NCBI GenBank assembly: GCA_964187785.1
Contig: OZ076409.1
Coordinates: forward strand, 8,682,001 to 8,746,000
Source: Amphiscolops sp. MND2022
Taxonomy: Eukaryota
Direction: 5' to 3'
DNA: 64,000 nucleotides
Shown: piece by piece, positions 28,101-43,100 of the stretch
Position numbering within the stretch: position 1 is the stretch's first letter
Layout: the number at the start of each line of letters is the position of its first letter
Notes under the pieces: model-generated
Database searches by the model: none
What the model was told of the DNA's origin: nothing
The model's input: the letters and a program-made list of their open reading frames with translations, nothing else
Program-made: the position numbers and the translations under genes

Positions 28101-31100
28101 GTTCTCTCGGTTTGAAAAATTGTTGATTATGTCAAGCATTTTAGGTTTTTATTTGTCTTCAACTCTCAAAATGGCTTATTTTAGTGTACTTCCATAGGAG
28201 ATAAGTTCTCTCGGTTTGAAAAATTCTTGATTATTTCCTGCATTTTAGCTTTTCAAATGTCTTTAACTCTCAAAATAGCTTACTTCAGTATACTTCCATA
28301 GGGGATAAGTTCTGTCGGTTTGAAAAATTGTTGATTATGTCCAGCATTTTGGTTTTTTATTTTTCTTTAACTCAAAATGACTCACTTTGGTGTACTTCCA
28401 TAGGTGATAAGTTCTGTCGTTTCTAAAAATTGTTGAATATTTCCAGCATTTTAACTTTTCAATTGTCTTTAACTCTCAAAATGGCTTACTTTAGCGTACT
28501 TCCATAGGGGATAAATTCTCTCGGTATGAAAAATTGTTGATTATTTCTAGCATTTTACCTTTTCAAAAGTCTTTAACTCTCAAAATGGCTTACTTTAGTG
28601 TACTTCCATAGGGGATAAGTTCTGTCGGTTTGAAAGTTGTTGATTATGTCCAGCACTTTGGTTTTTTATTTTTCTTTAACTCTCAAAATGACTCACTTTA
28701 GTGTAATTCCAAAGGTGATAAGTTCTGTCGTTTTTAAAAATTGTTGAATATTTCCAGCATTTTAACTTTTCAATTGTCTTTAACTCTCAAAATGGCTTAC
28801 TTTAGTGTACTTCCATAGGGGATAAGTTCTCTCGGTTTGAAAAATTGTTGTTTATTTCCTGCATTTTAGCTTTTCAAATGTCTTTAACTCTCAAAATGGC
28901 TTACTCCAGTATACTTCCATAGGGGATAAGTTCTGTCGGTTTGAAAATTTGTTGATTATGTCCAGCACTTTGGTTTTTTATTTTTCTTTAACTCTCAAAA
29001 TGACTCACTTTAGTGTACTTCCATAGGTGATAAGTTCTGTCGTTTCTAAAAATTGTTGAATATTTCCATCATTCTAACTTTTCAATTGTCTTTAACTCTT
29101 AAAATGGCTTACTTTAGTGTACTTCCATAGGGGATAAGTTCTGTCGGTTTGAAAAATTGGTGATTATGTCCAGCATTTTGGTTTTTTTATTTTTCTTTAA
29201 CTCTCAGAATGACTCACTTTAGTGTAATTCCATAGATGATAAGTTCTGTCGTTTCTAAAAATTGTTGAATATTTCCAGCATTTTAACTTTTCAATTGTCT
29301 TTAACTCTCAAAATGGCTTACTTTAGCGTACTTCCATAGGGGATAAATTCTCTCGGTTTGAAAAATTGTTGATTATTTCTAGCATTTTAACTTTTCAAAA
29401 GTCTTTAACTCTCAAAATGACTCATTTTAGTGTACTTCCATAGGGGATGAGTTCTGTCGGTTTGAAAAATTGTTGATTATGTCCAGCAATTTAACTTTTC
29501 AAATGTCTTTTACTCTCAAAATGGTTCACTTCAGTATACTTCCATAGGGGATGAGTCCTCTCGGTTTGAAAATTTGTTGAATCTTTCCAGCATTTTAACT
29601 TTTCAAATGTCTTTAACTCTCTAAATGGCCCTTTTTAGTGTACTTACATAGGGGATAAGTTCTGTCGGTTTGAAAAAATGTTGATTAGGTCCAGCATTTT
29701 AGTTTTTTATTTGTCTTTAACTCAAAATGGCTTACTTTAGTGTACTTCCATAGGGGATAAGTTCTGTCGGTTTCAAAAATAGTTGATTAGGTCCAGCATT
29801 TTAGTTTTTTGGTTTTAACTCTCAAAATGGCTTACTTTAGTGTACTTCCATAGGGGATAAGTTCTCTCGGTTTGAAAAATTGATTATTTCCAGCATTTTA
29901 ACTTTTCAAATGTCTTTAACTCTCAAAATCGCTTACTTTAGTGTACTTCCAAAGGGGATAAGTTCTCTCGGTTTGAAAAATTGTTGATTATGTCAAGCAT
30001 TTTAGCTTTTCAAATGTCTTCAACTCAGTATGGCTTACTTCAGTATACTTCCATAGGGGATATGCTCTGTCGGTTTGAAAAATTGTTGATTATGTCCAGC
30101 ATTTTTGTTTTTTGTCTTTAACTCTCAAAATGGCTTACTTTAGTGTACTTCCATAGGGGATAAGTTCTGTCGGTTTGAAAAATAATTGATTATGTCCAGC
30201 ATTTTAGTTTTTATTTGTTTTTATTTCAAAATGGCTTACTTTAGTGTACTTCCAAAGGGGATAAGTTCTCTCGGTTTGAAAAATTGTTGATTATGTCAAG
30301 CATTTTAGCTTTTCAAATGTCTTCAACTCAGTATGGCTTACTTCAGTATACTTCCATAGGGGATATGCTCTGTCGGTTTGAAAAATTGTTGATTATGTCC
30401 AGCATTTTTGTTTTTTGTCTTTAACTCTCAAAATGGCTTACTTTAGTGTACTTCCATAGGGGATAAGTTCTGTCGGTTTGAAAAATAATTGATTATGTCC
30501 AGCATTTTAGTTTTTATTTGTTTTTATTTCAAAATGGCTTACTTTAGTGTACTTCCAAAGGGGATAAGTTCTCTCGGTTTGAAAAATTGTTGATTATGTC
30601 AAGCATTTTAGCTTTTCAAATGTCTTTAACTCAGTATGGCTTACTTCAGTATACTTCCATAGGGGATATGCTCTGTCGGTTTGAAAAATTGTTGATTATG
30701 TCCAGCATTTTTGTTTTTTGTTTTTAACTCTCAAAATGACTCACTTTAGTGTACTTCCATAGGTGATAAGTTCTGTCGTTTCTAAAAATTGTTGATTTTT
30801 CCAGCATTTCAACTTTTCAATTGTCTTTAACTCTCAAAATGGCTTACTTTAGTGTACTTCCATAGGGGATAAGTTCTGTCGGTTTGAAAAATAATTGATT
30901 ATGTCCAGCATTTTAGTTTTTATTTGTTTTTATTTCAAAATGGCTTACTTTAGTGTACTTCCAAAGGGGATAAGTTCTCTCGGTTTGAAAAATTGTTGAT
31001 TATGTCAAGCATTTTAGCTTTTCAAATGTCTTTAACTCAGTATGGCTTACTTTAGTGTACTTCCATAGGGGATAAGTTCTGTCGGTTTGAAAAATAATTG

Positions 31101-34100
31101 ATTATGTCCAGCATTTTAGTTTTTATTTGTTTTTATTTCAAAATGGCTTACTTTAGTGTAATTCCAAAGGTGATAAGTTCTGTCGTTTTTAAAAATTGTT
31201 GAATATTTCCAGCATTTTAACTTTTCAATTGTCTTTAACTCTCAAAATGGCTTACTTTAGTGTACTTCCATAGGGGATAAGTTCTCTCGGTTTGAAAAAT
31301 TGTTGTTTATTTCCTGCATTTTAGCTTTTCAAATGTCTTTAACTCTCAAAATGGCTTACTCCAGTATACTTCCATAGGGGATAAGTTCTGTCGGTTTGAA
31401 AATTTGTTGATTATGTCCAGCACTTTGGTTTTTTATTTTTCTTTAACTCTCAAAATGACTCACTTTAGTGTACTTCCATAGGTGATAAGTTCTGTCGTTT
31501 CTAAAAATTGTTGAATATTTCCATCATTCTAACTTTTCAATTGTCTTTAACTCTTAAAATGGCTTACTTTAGTGTACTTCCATAGGGGATAAGTTCTGTC
31601 GGTTTGAAAAATTGGTGATTATGTCCAGCATTTTGGTTTTTTTATTTTTCTTTAACTCTCAGAATGACTCACTTTAGTGTAATTCCATAGATGATAAGTT
31701 CTGTCGTTTCTAAAAATTGTTGAATATTTCCAGCATTTTAACTTTTCAATTGTCTTTAACTCTCAAAATGGCTTACTTTAGCGTACTTCCATAGGGGATA
31801 AATTCTCTCGGTTTGAAAAATTGTTGATTATTTCTAGCATTTTAACTTTTCAAAAGTCTTTAACTCTCAAAATGACTCATTTTAGTGTACTTCCATAGGG
31901 GATGAGTTCTGTCGGTTTGAAAAATTGTTGATTATGTCCAGCAATTTAACTTTTCAAATGTCTTTTACTCTCAAAATGGTTCACTTCAGTATACTTCCAT
32001 AGGGGATGAGTCCTCTCGGTTTGAAAATTTGTTGAATCTTTCCAGCATTTTAACTTTTCAAATGTCTTTAACTCTCTAAATGGCCCTTTTTAGTGTACTT
32101 ACATAGGGGATAAGTTCTGTCGGTTTGAAAAAATGTTGATTAGGTCCAGCATTTTAGTTTTTTATTTGTCTTTAACTCAAAATGGCTTACTTTAGTGTAC
32201 TTCCATAGGGGATAAGTTCTGTCGGTTTCAAAAATAGTTGATTAGGTCCAGCATTTTAGTTTTTTGGTTTTAACTCTCAAAATGGCTTACTTTAGGGTAC
32301 TTCCATAGGGGATAAGTTCTCTCGGTTTGAAAAATTGATTATTTCCAGCATTTTAACTTTTCAAATGTCTTTAACTCTCAAAATCGCTTACTTTAGTGTA
32401 CTTCCAAAGGGGATAAGTTCTCTCGGTTTGAAAAATTGTTGATTATGTCAAGCATTTTAGCTTTTCAAATGTCTTCAACTCAGTATGGCTTACTTCAGTA
32501 TACTTCCATAGGGGATATGCTCTGTCGGTTTGAAAAATTGTTGATTATGTCCAGCATTTTTGTTTTTTGTCTTTAACTCTCAAAATGGCTTACTTTAGTG
32601 TACTTCCATAGGGGATAAGTTCTGTCGGTTTGAAAAATAATTGATTATGTCCAGCATTTTAGTTTTTATTTGTTTTTATTTCAAAATGGCTTACTTTAGT
32701 GTACTTCCAAAGGGGATAAGTTCTCTCGGTTTGAAAAATTGTTGATTATGTCAAGCATTTTAGCTTTTCAAATGTCTTCAACTCAGTATGGCTTACTTCA
32801 GTATACTTCCATAGGGGATATGCTCTGTCGGTTTGAAAAATTGTTGATTATGTCCAGCATTTTTGTTTTTTGTCTTTAATCCTCAAAATGGCTTACTTTA
32901 GTGTACTTCCAGAGGGGATAAGTTCTGTCGGTTTGAAAAATAATTGATTATGTCCAGCATTTTAGTTTTTATTTGTTTTTATTTCAAAATGGCTTACTTT
33001 AGTGTACTTCCAAAGGGGATAAGTTCTCTCGGTTTGAAAAATTGTTGATTATGTCAAGCATTTTAGCTTTTCAAATGTCTTCAACTCAGTATGGCTTACT
33101 TCAGTATACTTCCATAGGGGATATGCTCTGTCGGTTTGAAAAATTGTTGATTATGTCCAGCATTTTTGTTTTTTGTTTTTAACTCTCAAAATGACTCACT
33201 TTAGTGTACTTCCATAGGTGATAAGTTCTGTCGTTTCTAAAAATTGTTGATTTTTCCAGCATTTCAACTTTTCAATTGTCTTTAACTCTCAAAATGGCTT
33301 ACTTTAGTGTACTTCCATAGGGGATAAGTTCTGTCGGTTTGAAAAATAATTGATTATGTCCAGCATTTTAGTTTTTATTTGTTTTTATTTCAAAATGGCT
33401 TACTTTAGTGTACTTCCAAAGGGGATAAGTTCTCTCGGTTTGAAAAATTGTTGATTATGTCAAGCATTTTAGCTTTTCAAATGTCTTTAACTCAGTATGG
33501 CTTACTTCAGTATACTTCCATAGGGGATATGCTCTGTCGGTTTGAAAAATTGTTGATTATGTCCAGCATTTTTGTTTTTTGTTTTTAACTCTCAAAATGA
33601 CTCACTTTAGTGTAATTCCATAGATGATAAGTTCTGTCGTTTCTAAAAATTGTTGAATATTTCCAGCATTTTAACTTTTCAATTGTCTTTAACTCTCAAA
33701 ATGGCTTACTTTAGCGTACTTCCATAGGGGATAAATTCTCTCGGTTTGAAAAATTGTTGATTATTTCTAGCATTTTAACTTTTCAAAAGTCTTTAACTCT
33801 CAAAATGACTCATTTTAGTGTACTTCCATAGGGGATGAGTTCTGTCGGTTTGAAAAATTGTTGATTATGTCCAGCAATTTAACTTTTCAAATGTCTTTTA
33901 CTCTCAAAATGGTTCACTTCAGTATACTTCCATAGGGGATAAGTCCTCTCGGTTTGAAAATTTGTTGAATCTTTCCAGCATTTTAACTTTTCAAATGTCT
34001 TTAACTCTCAAAATGGCCCTTTTTAGTGTACTTACATAGGGGATAAGTTCTGTCGGTTTGAAAAATTGTTGATTAGGTCCAGCATTTTACTTTTTTATTT

Positions 34101-37100
34101 GTCTTTAACTCAAAATGGCTTACTTTAGTGTACTTCCATAGGGGATAAGTTCTGTCGGTTTCAAAAATAGTTGATTAGGTCCAGCATTTTAGTTTTTTGG
34201 TTTTAACTCTCAAAATGGCTTACTTTAGTGTACTTCCATAGGGGATAAGTTCTCTCGGTTTGAAAAATTGATTATTTCCAGCATTTTAACTTTTCAAATG
34301 TCTTTAACTCTCAAAATCGCTTACTTTAGTGTACTTCCAAAGGGGATAAGTTCTCTCGGTTTGAAAAATTGTTGATTATGTCCAGCATTTTTGTTTTTTG
34401 TTTTTAACTCAAAATGACTCACTTTAGTGTACTTCCATAGGTGATAAGTTCTGTCGTTTCTAAAAATTGTTGATTTTTTCCAGCATTTCAACTTTTCAAT
34501 TGTCTTTAACTCTCAAAATGGCTTACTTTAGTGTACTTCCATAGGGGATAAGTTCTCTCGGTTTGAAAAATTGATTATTTCCAGCATTTTAACTTTTCAA
34601 ATGTCTTTAACTCTCAAAATGGCTTACTTTAGCGTACTTCCATAGGGGATAAATTCTCTCGGTTTGAAAAATTGTTGATTATTTCTAGCATTTTAACTTT
34701 TCAAAAGTCTTTAACTCTCAAAATGACTCATTTTAGTGTACTTCCATAGGGGATGAGTTCTGTCGGTTTGAAAAATTGTTGATTATGTCCAGCAATTTAA
34801 CTTTTCAAATGTCTTTAACTCTCAAAATGGCCCTTTTTAGTGTACTTACATAGGGGATAAGTTCTGTCGGTTTGAAAAATTGTTGATTAGGTCCAGCATT
34901 TTACTTTTTTATTTGTCTTTAACTCAAAATGGCTTACTTTAGTGTACTTCCATAGGGGATAAGTTCTGTCGGTTTCAAAAATAGTTGATTAGGTCCAGCA
35001 TTTTAGTTTTTTGGTTTTAACTCTCAAAATGGCTTACTTTAGTGTACTTCCATAGGGGATAAGTTCTCTCGGTTTGAAAAATTGATTATTTCCAGCATTT
35101 TAACTTTTCAAATGTCTTTAACTCTCAAAATCGCTTACTTTAGTGTACTTCCAAAGGGGATAAGTTCTCTCGGTTTGAAAAATTGTTGATTATGTCCAGC
35201 ATTTTTGTTTTTTGTTTTTAACTCAAAATGACTCACTTTAGTGTACTTCCATAGGTGATAAGTTCTGTCGTTTCTAAAAATTGTTGATTTTTTCCAGCAT
35301 TTCAACTTTTCAATTGTCTTTAACTCTCAAAATGGCTTACTTTAGTGTACTTCCATAGGGGATAAGTTCTGTCGGTTTGAAAAATATGTGATTATGTCCA
35401 GCATTTTAGTTTTTATTTGTTTTTAACTCAAAATGGCTTACTTTAGTGTACTTCCATGGGGGATAAGTTCTGAAAAGTTGGTGATTATATCCAGCATTTT
35501 AGTTTTTTAAATGTCTAACTCTCCAAAGGTATTCGTTTCGAGTAATTTTTTAAGGTACCTGCTATGTTCGATTGAAAAAATATCGCTTTTATGCGGCATT
35601 TTGGTGAATAGTTTGTCTTTGTCTTATAAAATGGTTTTGTTCAGTATTTTTCAGTTTTTATTGATTATTCTTTCGGTTCCTTGTGCAAATTTTGTCTTCC
35701 TCTGATTTGCTATTTGGTAATTTCACTACTCCCATGATGTAGACACAATGTACTGGGTAAGACGGGCCTAACCCAGCCTGCACAGTACGAGTGTCTACTG
35801 GGTTCTTAGTATTGGTTGACCTCTCTTGAAGCAGGTAGACCGTTACAGCTCTACTCTTCAAGAATCGGGTTGAGGTTAACCCTAGACTCCAGTAGACACT
35901 CAAAATCTCTTGCACAAGTACTGATTCGATTCGATTCCAATCTTCACTTTTCTTCCCTTTTCGATTTAATTACCTCTACACTGACTATATCGCGGTATCA
36001 CATGTAAATTGTACAATTTCTCTACGTGGTATGGAATTACTGCAATATTGTTTTAATCAATTGTTCTTGAAATTAACTAGCTTGCTCCGTCATTATTTTT
36101 TACTTTTGCTGACTGCTCTTTTTTCGTGGAAATAGTTTTTCTGGCTATCGTTTTTTTGCTTCTGAAAGGGTATAAAAGCAGAAATAATCGTGTGCCCCGG
36201 AGGGGCCTATTTTTCTTATTTTCCAACAAACTGGAGTTTCAAAAAGCCCAAAAGGTCTAAGTTTTTCGGCACTATGAGACTGGTTCAAAATTCTCATTTT
36301 TCGTTTTTTTTTCAACAATTTTTCGAAAACTTCGAAAATTTTCTAATGTCTCCAAAATGTCCCCCTTCAGTTCTTCAAACATTGTGCAACAAACTGGATT
36401 TTCAAGAAGCCCAAATGGACCCCTTTTACAATTTTAAAAACTTCGCGCTTTTTGAGTCTTAGATATAGCGCCGACTTTGGCCGTTCCCGGCTTGTTACTA
36501 TTTCTACGATAGCAGGATCAAAATAGAAACTGAAAGGAGACGTTTTTTTTTCAGCCGAGTTTGTTAGTTAACAGAGTACCTACTGAAAAATTCAGATATT
36601 TTGTTCGGCAGTGAGTATAAGCCTGAGATTTAAATTTCTCAAGCTGCCGACGACAATTCAATTCTCGTGCGATGAAGCGAGGGAACGTGAATTATGCATT
36701 CGTACGCCGAATTCATTGAGATGAGAATTATTCGTTCGCCGAGAGGTTCGCCTGCTTTCAAATGTGAATGCGAAACTTCGTATACGCTTAGTAGTTATAT
36801 TCTTCTAGTCCGAGAAGAAATAAAGGTGGTGTAAATCGGTACATTGGTTAATTGTGCTCTATATAATGATTAAACTGTAGTGTATAGTTATTCCAGATAT
36901 GCTTCTATTATTGAGCATGAAAGCGTAAAGCATAAAATTATACTGTGCCCCGCAGCACAGGTCTATTTTGATAATCATCGTTTTTTTGAAAAAAAGTCAC
37001 CCCAGAATAATGAATCCCTCACAACTACTGATTGATCACCTGCAATCAATCAAGGCCCACTTTCCGATCGTTGATGGGCTAAGAAGGTTACATGATTGTC

Positions 37101-40100
37101 CCATTTCACAATAACAATCAGGAATGTTCGTTTTTGTTGAATGTTAAGAATTCTTTTTGAACCCACTGATGTGATGAGAAGAATCTTGGTCAACCTCACT
37201 TCATCTTCCAATGAGGATCCATTTTCTGGCATTTTATCGGTGTAATCTGTTTTAAACTAGTAACATTTTTTTCAAAGCAGACAAATTATCGGCTTATGTG
37301 ATTGAACTTTCAGCTGTGGTAGAATATATGTAGTTCCGTAGCGTTCTAAAATATCACAACTCCACTGCGTGAAATATCAAAATTCAAACTCAATTATCTC
37401 GTAAACTGTCACAAATACAAAAATTTGTTGGAGATGTATTTAGAAATTTGATTTTTTTGAAATATTGGAGGTTTTTCTATCAATTTTTACCAGCATCCTA
37501 AGATTTGGGAGCAAACACTGAGCTGAAAATTTTACAAAATGTTTTTCAATTTTTTGAAAATTGAGAAAAAGTGCAAAAATGATTAAATTTTGTGGAAATT
37601 TACTATTTCTAACGTTTGTAACTTTTTTAGCAGAACTTCAAATTGAACATTTTTTAAAAATACAAAAATTCTGAGAAACTTTCCTAGCTGGCAATTTTTT
37701 CTCTTCCTGACAGCATTCGAAATATTTGGTTTGGAATTTGTTATTTTGAGCAATGGAGTTGCAATATTATAGAACACTATTATATGTATGTGTATATGCT
37801 GTGAAATTGTGTCTGAATGTTTCAAGAAACTTTCAAGATATTTCAGTTATGCGTGGTTAGAAATTAATCGAAATAGAAAATCGTCGCTGACCTTTTGATT
37901 TTTTATTGTTCTTTTTGATTGATTGCTGAAAGCTACATTTTTCATTGTGATAATTTTTCCAATAACATTTGCATTCAACATTTTTTGCAGCATTTGAACG
38001 CTGATTTGATGGTAAGTTGTTTATAAGTCATGCACGAAAAACCTGTTAATTAAACTATTATAAGAATTATTGGCACGGAATTGCTTTGAAAATCCGGAGT
38101 TACTATTTTGAAATTCCCAGCCCAGATTTCTCCGAGCATGAATTGCTTTTTGCTGCGTATGTTTCAATACTTGGCTTGATTTTTTGCATCCTTTCGATAC
38201 CTTGGGTCAGACCAAAATTTGATTGAAAACAATCGCATGTTCACGCGGCTAGACCAAAATGGGCTTCATAATCAGTAATTTTTAAAATAAAAAACTAATT
38301 TGTGAAAATGTCAAACTTGGCAGATTTGTTTGAAAACTTTGCTTGAGCTTCTTTCTCCATCGGTGAAGTAGAGGCCAAATTTTCATGGTGCAACTTGAGT
38401 CCTAAACGACCAACAACTCAACTGAATTCAACTAGTTATCAATTGTGATCACCAATGGTTCGTTTGTGGGAGTCGGAAAAAAATATCATGCAATCGTACC
38501 TTTTATGCTCCCGACGTTTCAATGAAAATTTCAAATTTCTCAAAAACTGTTCTTACGATTTCTATGAATTTAACACGGTCATTGTACACCCAAAGGTACT
38601 CCTGCGTGCGCAATGACATCAAAATAGTATGACTGGGATCTGAGAAACATATCCAAATTTAGTGCAAAATGACCGAATGACAGTAAAGTACGTAATTTGT
38701 TTTGATCAATATTTGGATCCGTTTCCGACTCCTCTACCGCACATGCGGCGCTGCTTAAAGCTTCGTTTCTTTCAGGTCACAAAGTATCGGAGTGCCGAAA
38801 CGGTGTATTCAGGTGGTGGCGGCGGCGGCCCCAACGAACAGATGTCGAGTGCCTTCCCCTCCAAGGAGGGGAAGCTGAGTGCGGGGGGCTCCGCCTCGGG
38901 GGGTGGGGCTGGGGGCTGTCTGAGTGGGGGCAACTCCAGCAGCACCCTCAGCGGAGGCTGCGGCACCCACAGCACGGTGACCACGCCCAGCTACTCCATC
39001 AGGGACGCCTCAAACTCTTTCTCCACCTCCATCAGGTAAACAAATAAACAAATACATGTGTAAAACATCAACAGCAGCCAATTAGCCCCGTTCATGGTTT
39101 AACTGTCAAAGGATACTTTCAACGACTCCATGACTAATTTCGTAGACCTCAAAAATTCGATAAGGGGCTCTATGGCCCTTTCGTGCCTTCAAATATTGCC
39201 TTCGAAATTAGTCTCGCATAATGCAAAGGCTTTAGAGACCTTTTGGCTGCATTTTCTACTGAAACTTTACTTTGGTAAATTATCAACAAAAACATGGATT
39301 TGCGTATACTATGTAATGTGTAATGTATAGTTTACTACGATATAATCTACCTTTTGAAGTTAAATTCAACAAATTCCAGTCAGTTATACCATTGTTGACA
39401 TTTGTTGTTCGTTATCGAATGGTCAAGAGTTTATGTCGAGAATTCCACTTGAACCAAGATGTTCTGTGCCTCAGTGTCCCGGGGCATAGTCAAATATGGC
39501 AAATCCATCCAGATTATTGTGCAAGATACATATTTCCACCAGCAACTTGCAAAAAACTTGCAATTTTCTTTGGCGTCATGCCACAACCATTCATCCTGGC
39601 GCTATTCCAAAACAAATAGTTTTTACCCTTTTGTGTCGAAACACAACGGTATCCTCTCTCACCTTTTTTATCCCATCCAAAGGTGCGCCTAGTGTGAATG
39701 TTCACACCAAATTAGTCATTATGCAGTTTTCTGGCATTAACCACGTTTTTACTCTTGATCCAGTTTGCGTAGTCAAATCGTTCTTGGATTGCCTCAAACC
39801 AACGGAACGTGAACATATTTATAATAAATGTTATATTTCTGTCATTATATTTTCTATCACATATATCAGTTTCGTCGGTCTGTCACCTGTAAATTATTGC
39901 GATCAGCCGGAACATCTCTCGCTAACTTGATGTTGTGCGACATACCGTGCAGATGATTCGTCAGTGTTCGATCAGTCACTTGCAGTTTGGTAGGAAGTTG
40001 CAATTGTATGTTTAATTTTTTTTACCGTGATGAAGTTGTCTTTTTCGATGATTTTCAGCGATTTTCGGATGATTTCAGCGTCCAATTTTGTGTTTCTTGC

Positions 40101-43100
40101 ACCTCCTCGGTTGGTAGAAATTCTTCTGCGTCTTATAATAGAGTAAGCTGTCGTGCGCTGCACTCCAAGAACCCTAGCGGTTCCCAAAAAGTCTTCTCCC
40201 CTGTTTGACGCATGTATAATCCTTTCACTGTCGATACTAGATGTTGTTAATAATATCAATATCTATATATGATACGGTTATTGAAATATAAACGACAGTG
40301 TTGAATTTGAAACGGCAATACGTGTTTGTTGAATTTGAATTTCCTGCTTGTTGAAATTGATTTACGTTTTGCCACGTGTTGAGTGTACATAATATTTATT
40401 TTATTTTTCTTCGTTGTTGAGTTTGAACTTCAAAAGGTGTAATAAAGTTAGTGACGCAAAATGGTAGTTTACGACCATTGTAATGATAGTCTTTTGTAAC
40501 AACTTTTTCAAAAGCACCGATTCGAGGGCCGGAATGTGTAACATCTAAATTGAATGTTACCCAAAAATTGTCGCGAAGAAGTAAGGGGCCATTTTGTGAC
40601 GAGATGCTTCTATTTCTACGGTATAAATTTTTTGAATGTATTATTTTTTAAGTGAAATGCACATCATCAGAAACGTCATTTTTTTGCTTCAGTTTTTTGT
40701 CAAATGCACGAAACATGTTCCATAGTTTTTTTAACGAGAGGCCCCCGAGAACCGGGATTTTTTCCATCCTGAATAATCTGCAACAGCATAATAAAAAAGC
40801 TCGTGCAAAGCCCAAAAATCATGCCAACGGAAACGTTCTAGTTGTGTACAAAAAGTTCAAAAATTGAAACAAACTCACTGTTTTTGACTTGAAATTCGCC
40901 AAAATCGTTATTTTTAAAAGCGACTGAGTGGTTTCCGCTACGTAAGTGTGAAATCTGGGCGGAAAATGACAAAATCATGGCTTCCGCGTCACGTGACAAC
41001 TGGGGCGGAACTAGATATCAGGCGCGGAACTATTGGAAAATTAACTAGCGAATCTGTCACATTATCCATCAATTGTTGGAGCAATTTCAACAACGAATGG
41101 ATTTTGGGTTTCTGCATACAAAGTTTAAGAAATACCTACGTTGTTTTCATCAAGGATGTTTTTAGTCGGCGCATTTTTCTCTTAAAGCCCGCTTTCGATT
41201 TTTTTTCGGCACTGTGCGACTTTTTCCGAAAAAAAATGTATATTTTTGTTCCCAGTTGGGGAAAAGTGGTTTCCGAGTCTTATCGAGCATGAAAGACACC
41301 CTTTGAGTGTCTCGAAATTGTTTTCTGAGCTTTTGATAATAATGTCCTGGGCATATTTTAAACACTTTGCGCTTTTTGAGCCTTAGATTTTGCGCCGACT
41401 TTAGACGTTGTCTTGTTTTTGTTTCAAACGTGTTCGAAATTTTTTATCGAACAAATCATTTTTTGCAACCCTGTTTTACAATCGCAATCAGAATTTTCAC
41501 ATCGCTATTTTTTTCGATAATCGCTAAACCGCTATGTCAGTGAGGCTAGCCGAGCGGAGAAAACTAATTGTTGCTTCAATCATTTTTATGTTATTCAGTT
41601 TAGATGTATCTCGGAAATTCAGCTTTAGGTCTATTTCCTATAACTCAGCTCAAAGTGAAGAAAGTAAAGTGTTGATAATAAAGTTTTTTTTAAGTTGTAG
41701 AAAGATATTGCGAAGTTATACATACATGTTATCTACTAGGTGAACCATAAAAAACGGAATGCATAAAAATTTTCAAGCTCTCAAAGTTTCAAATATTTGT
41801 CAACAAACGTTTCAAAACAACTCTAATCATTGCAATTACGCTCGCCAGTCATTCAATTTGATATCTTTTTTTCGGAGCCAAGAAACTTTCACACATCAAA
41901 AGTGTGAACTAAATGACTGGTAAAGACGTCTAAGGCTATTTCTGAAGGTTCAGATTATTCTTTCTTGAAGAATTGATTACGTAATGAGAGGATGATTGAC
42001 GGAGAAAGTGAAAGATTCTCAGTGTGTTGTTTACAAATATTACGATTTTGAAGAGTGAATATTTTTTGTGCGTACCGTTTTTTTGGTTCACCTATAGATC
42101 GTTTCAAAAAGTTCGCGAGACTAGAACTAATTAATCGTCGCTGAAAATACCTTTTGTGAAGTCAAAAAATAAATCTCGACGGCACCAGTTACCTCGCCTA
42201 TCTTTTTTGAGCATTCGTAAGAACATCTTGTACAGCAACACGATTTTGAATATCCCAATTTTTCAAAACACGGTGTCCGTGGCATTGGAGACAAGTCGTC
42301 TGGCTGTAAGCAGAAGGTCAGAAAGCGGGAGTTTTGAGTTTCGATTCATGCGGCCCAGAAGCTGACGCTTGATTCTTCTTGTGAGTAAAAATTTTCGACC
42401 CAATTTGACTTTTTTCTACCCGATACGTCGCTTCAGGATTCCTCTAAGTGTTGACTCGGAAATCGAGAAAATCCGAGCAATTGCTGAGTTTGCGTAATCC
42501 GGGTTTGCATCTTTAAAACGGTATATCGATTTTGCAAGGTCGTCAGATGTGCGTTTGCCTCGCATGGTTGCAGGAATTGATACGATAGCATCGCATATTA
42601 AAAGACTGGTACCTAGTCTCGCGAACTTTTTGAAACGATCTATAGTAGTGAAACGTTTTGTATTGAATTAAGCGTCTTCTGTCTCTCCGTATCTGTCTCG
42701 GCCGCTTTCCTTCTCGCGGTTGATTACGTCTACTGTGTCATCCTGTGATTGGCTGGTCATCGTGATGACACGCTAATTTCGAAATCGCTTTTCCTCTGGA
42801 AAAGTTTTCAAACGTTTGAAGTCAAGTATGTTTCAAAACCCAATGATAATTAAATTTTTGCAAGAAAATTTGTCATACTGTGTGAGTTTTACGAGTGTAA
42901 GAGTTGGAAATTTTCGAAATTCATTTTCAAACTGCGTGTAAGTTTCTAAACAAACTTTGATTCTGAACATTACTTTGAACCGCCAATGAAATCGCTGAAT
43001 ATTTATGCGCGGCCGCTAATGCGCTAAATGGCTGATTAGCGGTGTAGTGGTATTTACGGGTTCAGTATTTAGGGTGTACAGTATTTAGGGGTTCAAACTC

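Noticed and set aside
26146..35520. CRISPR-like array
   Set aside because: No unique spacers; whole ~104-bp monomers repeat, and the context is eukaryotic. It is a satellite.
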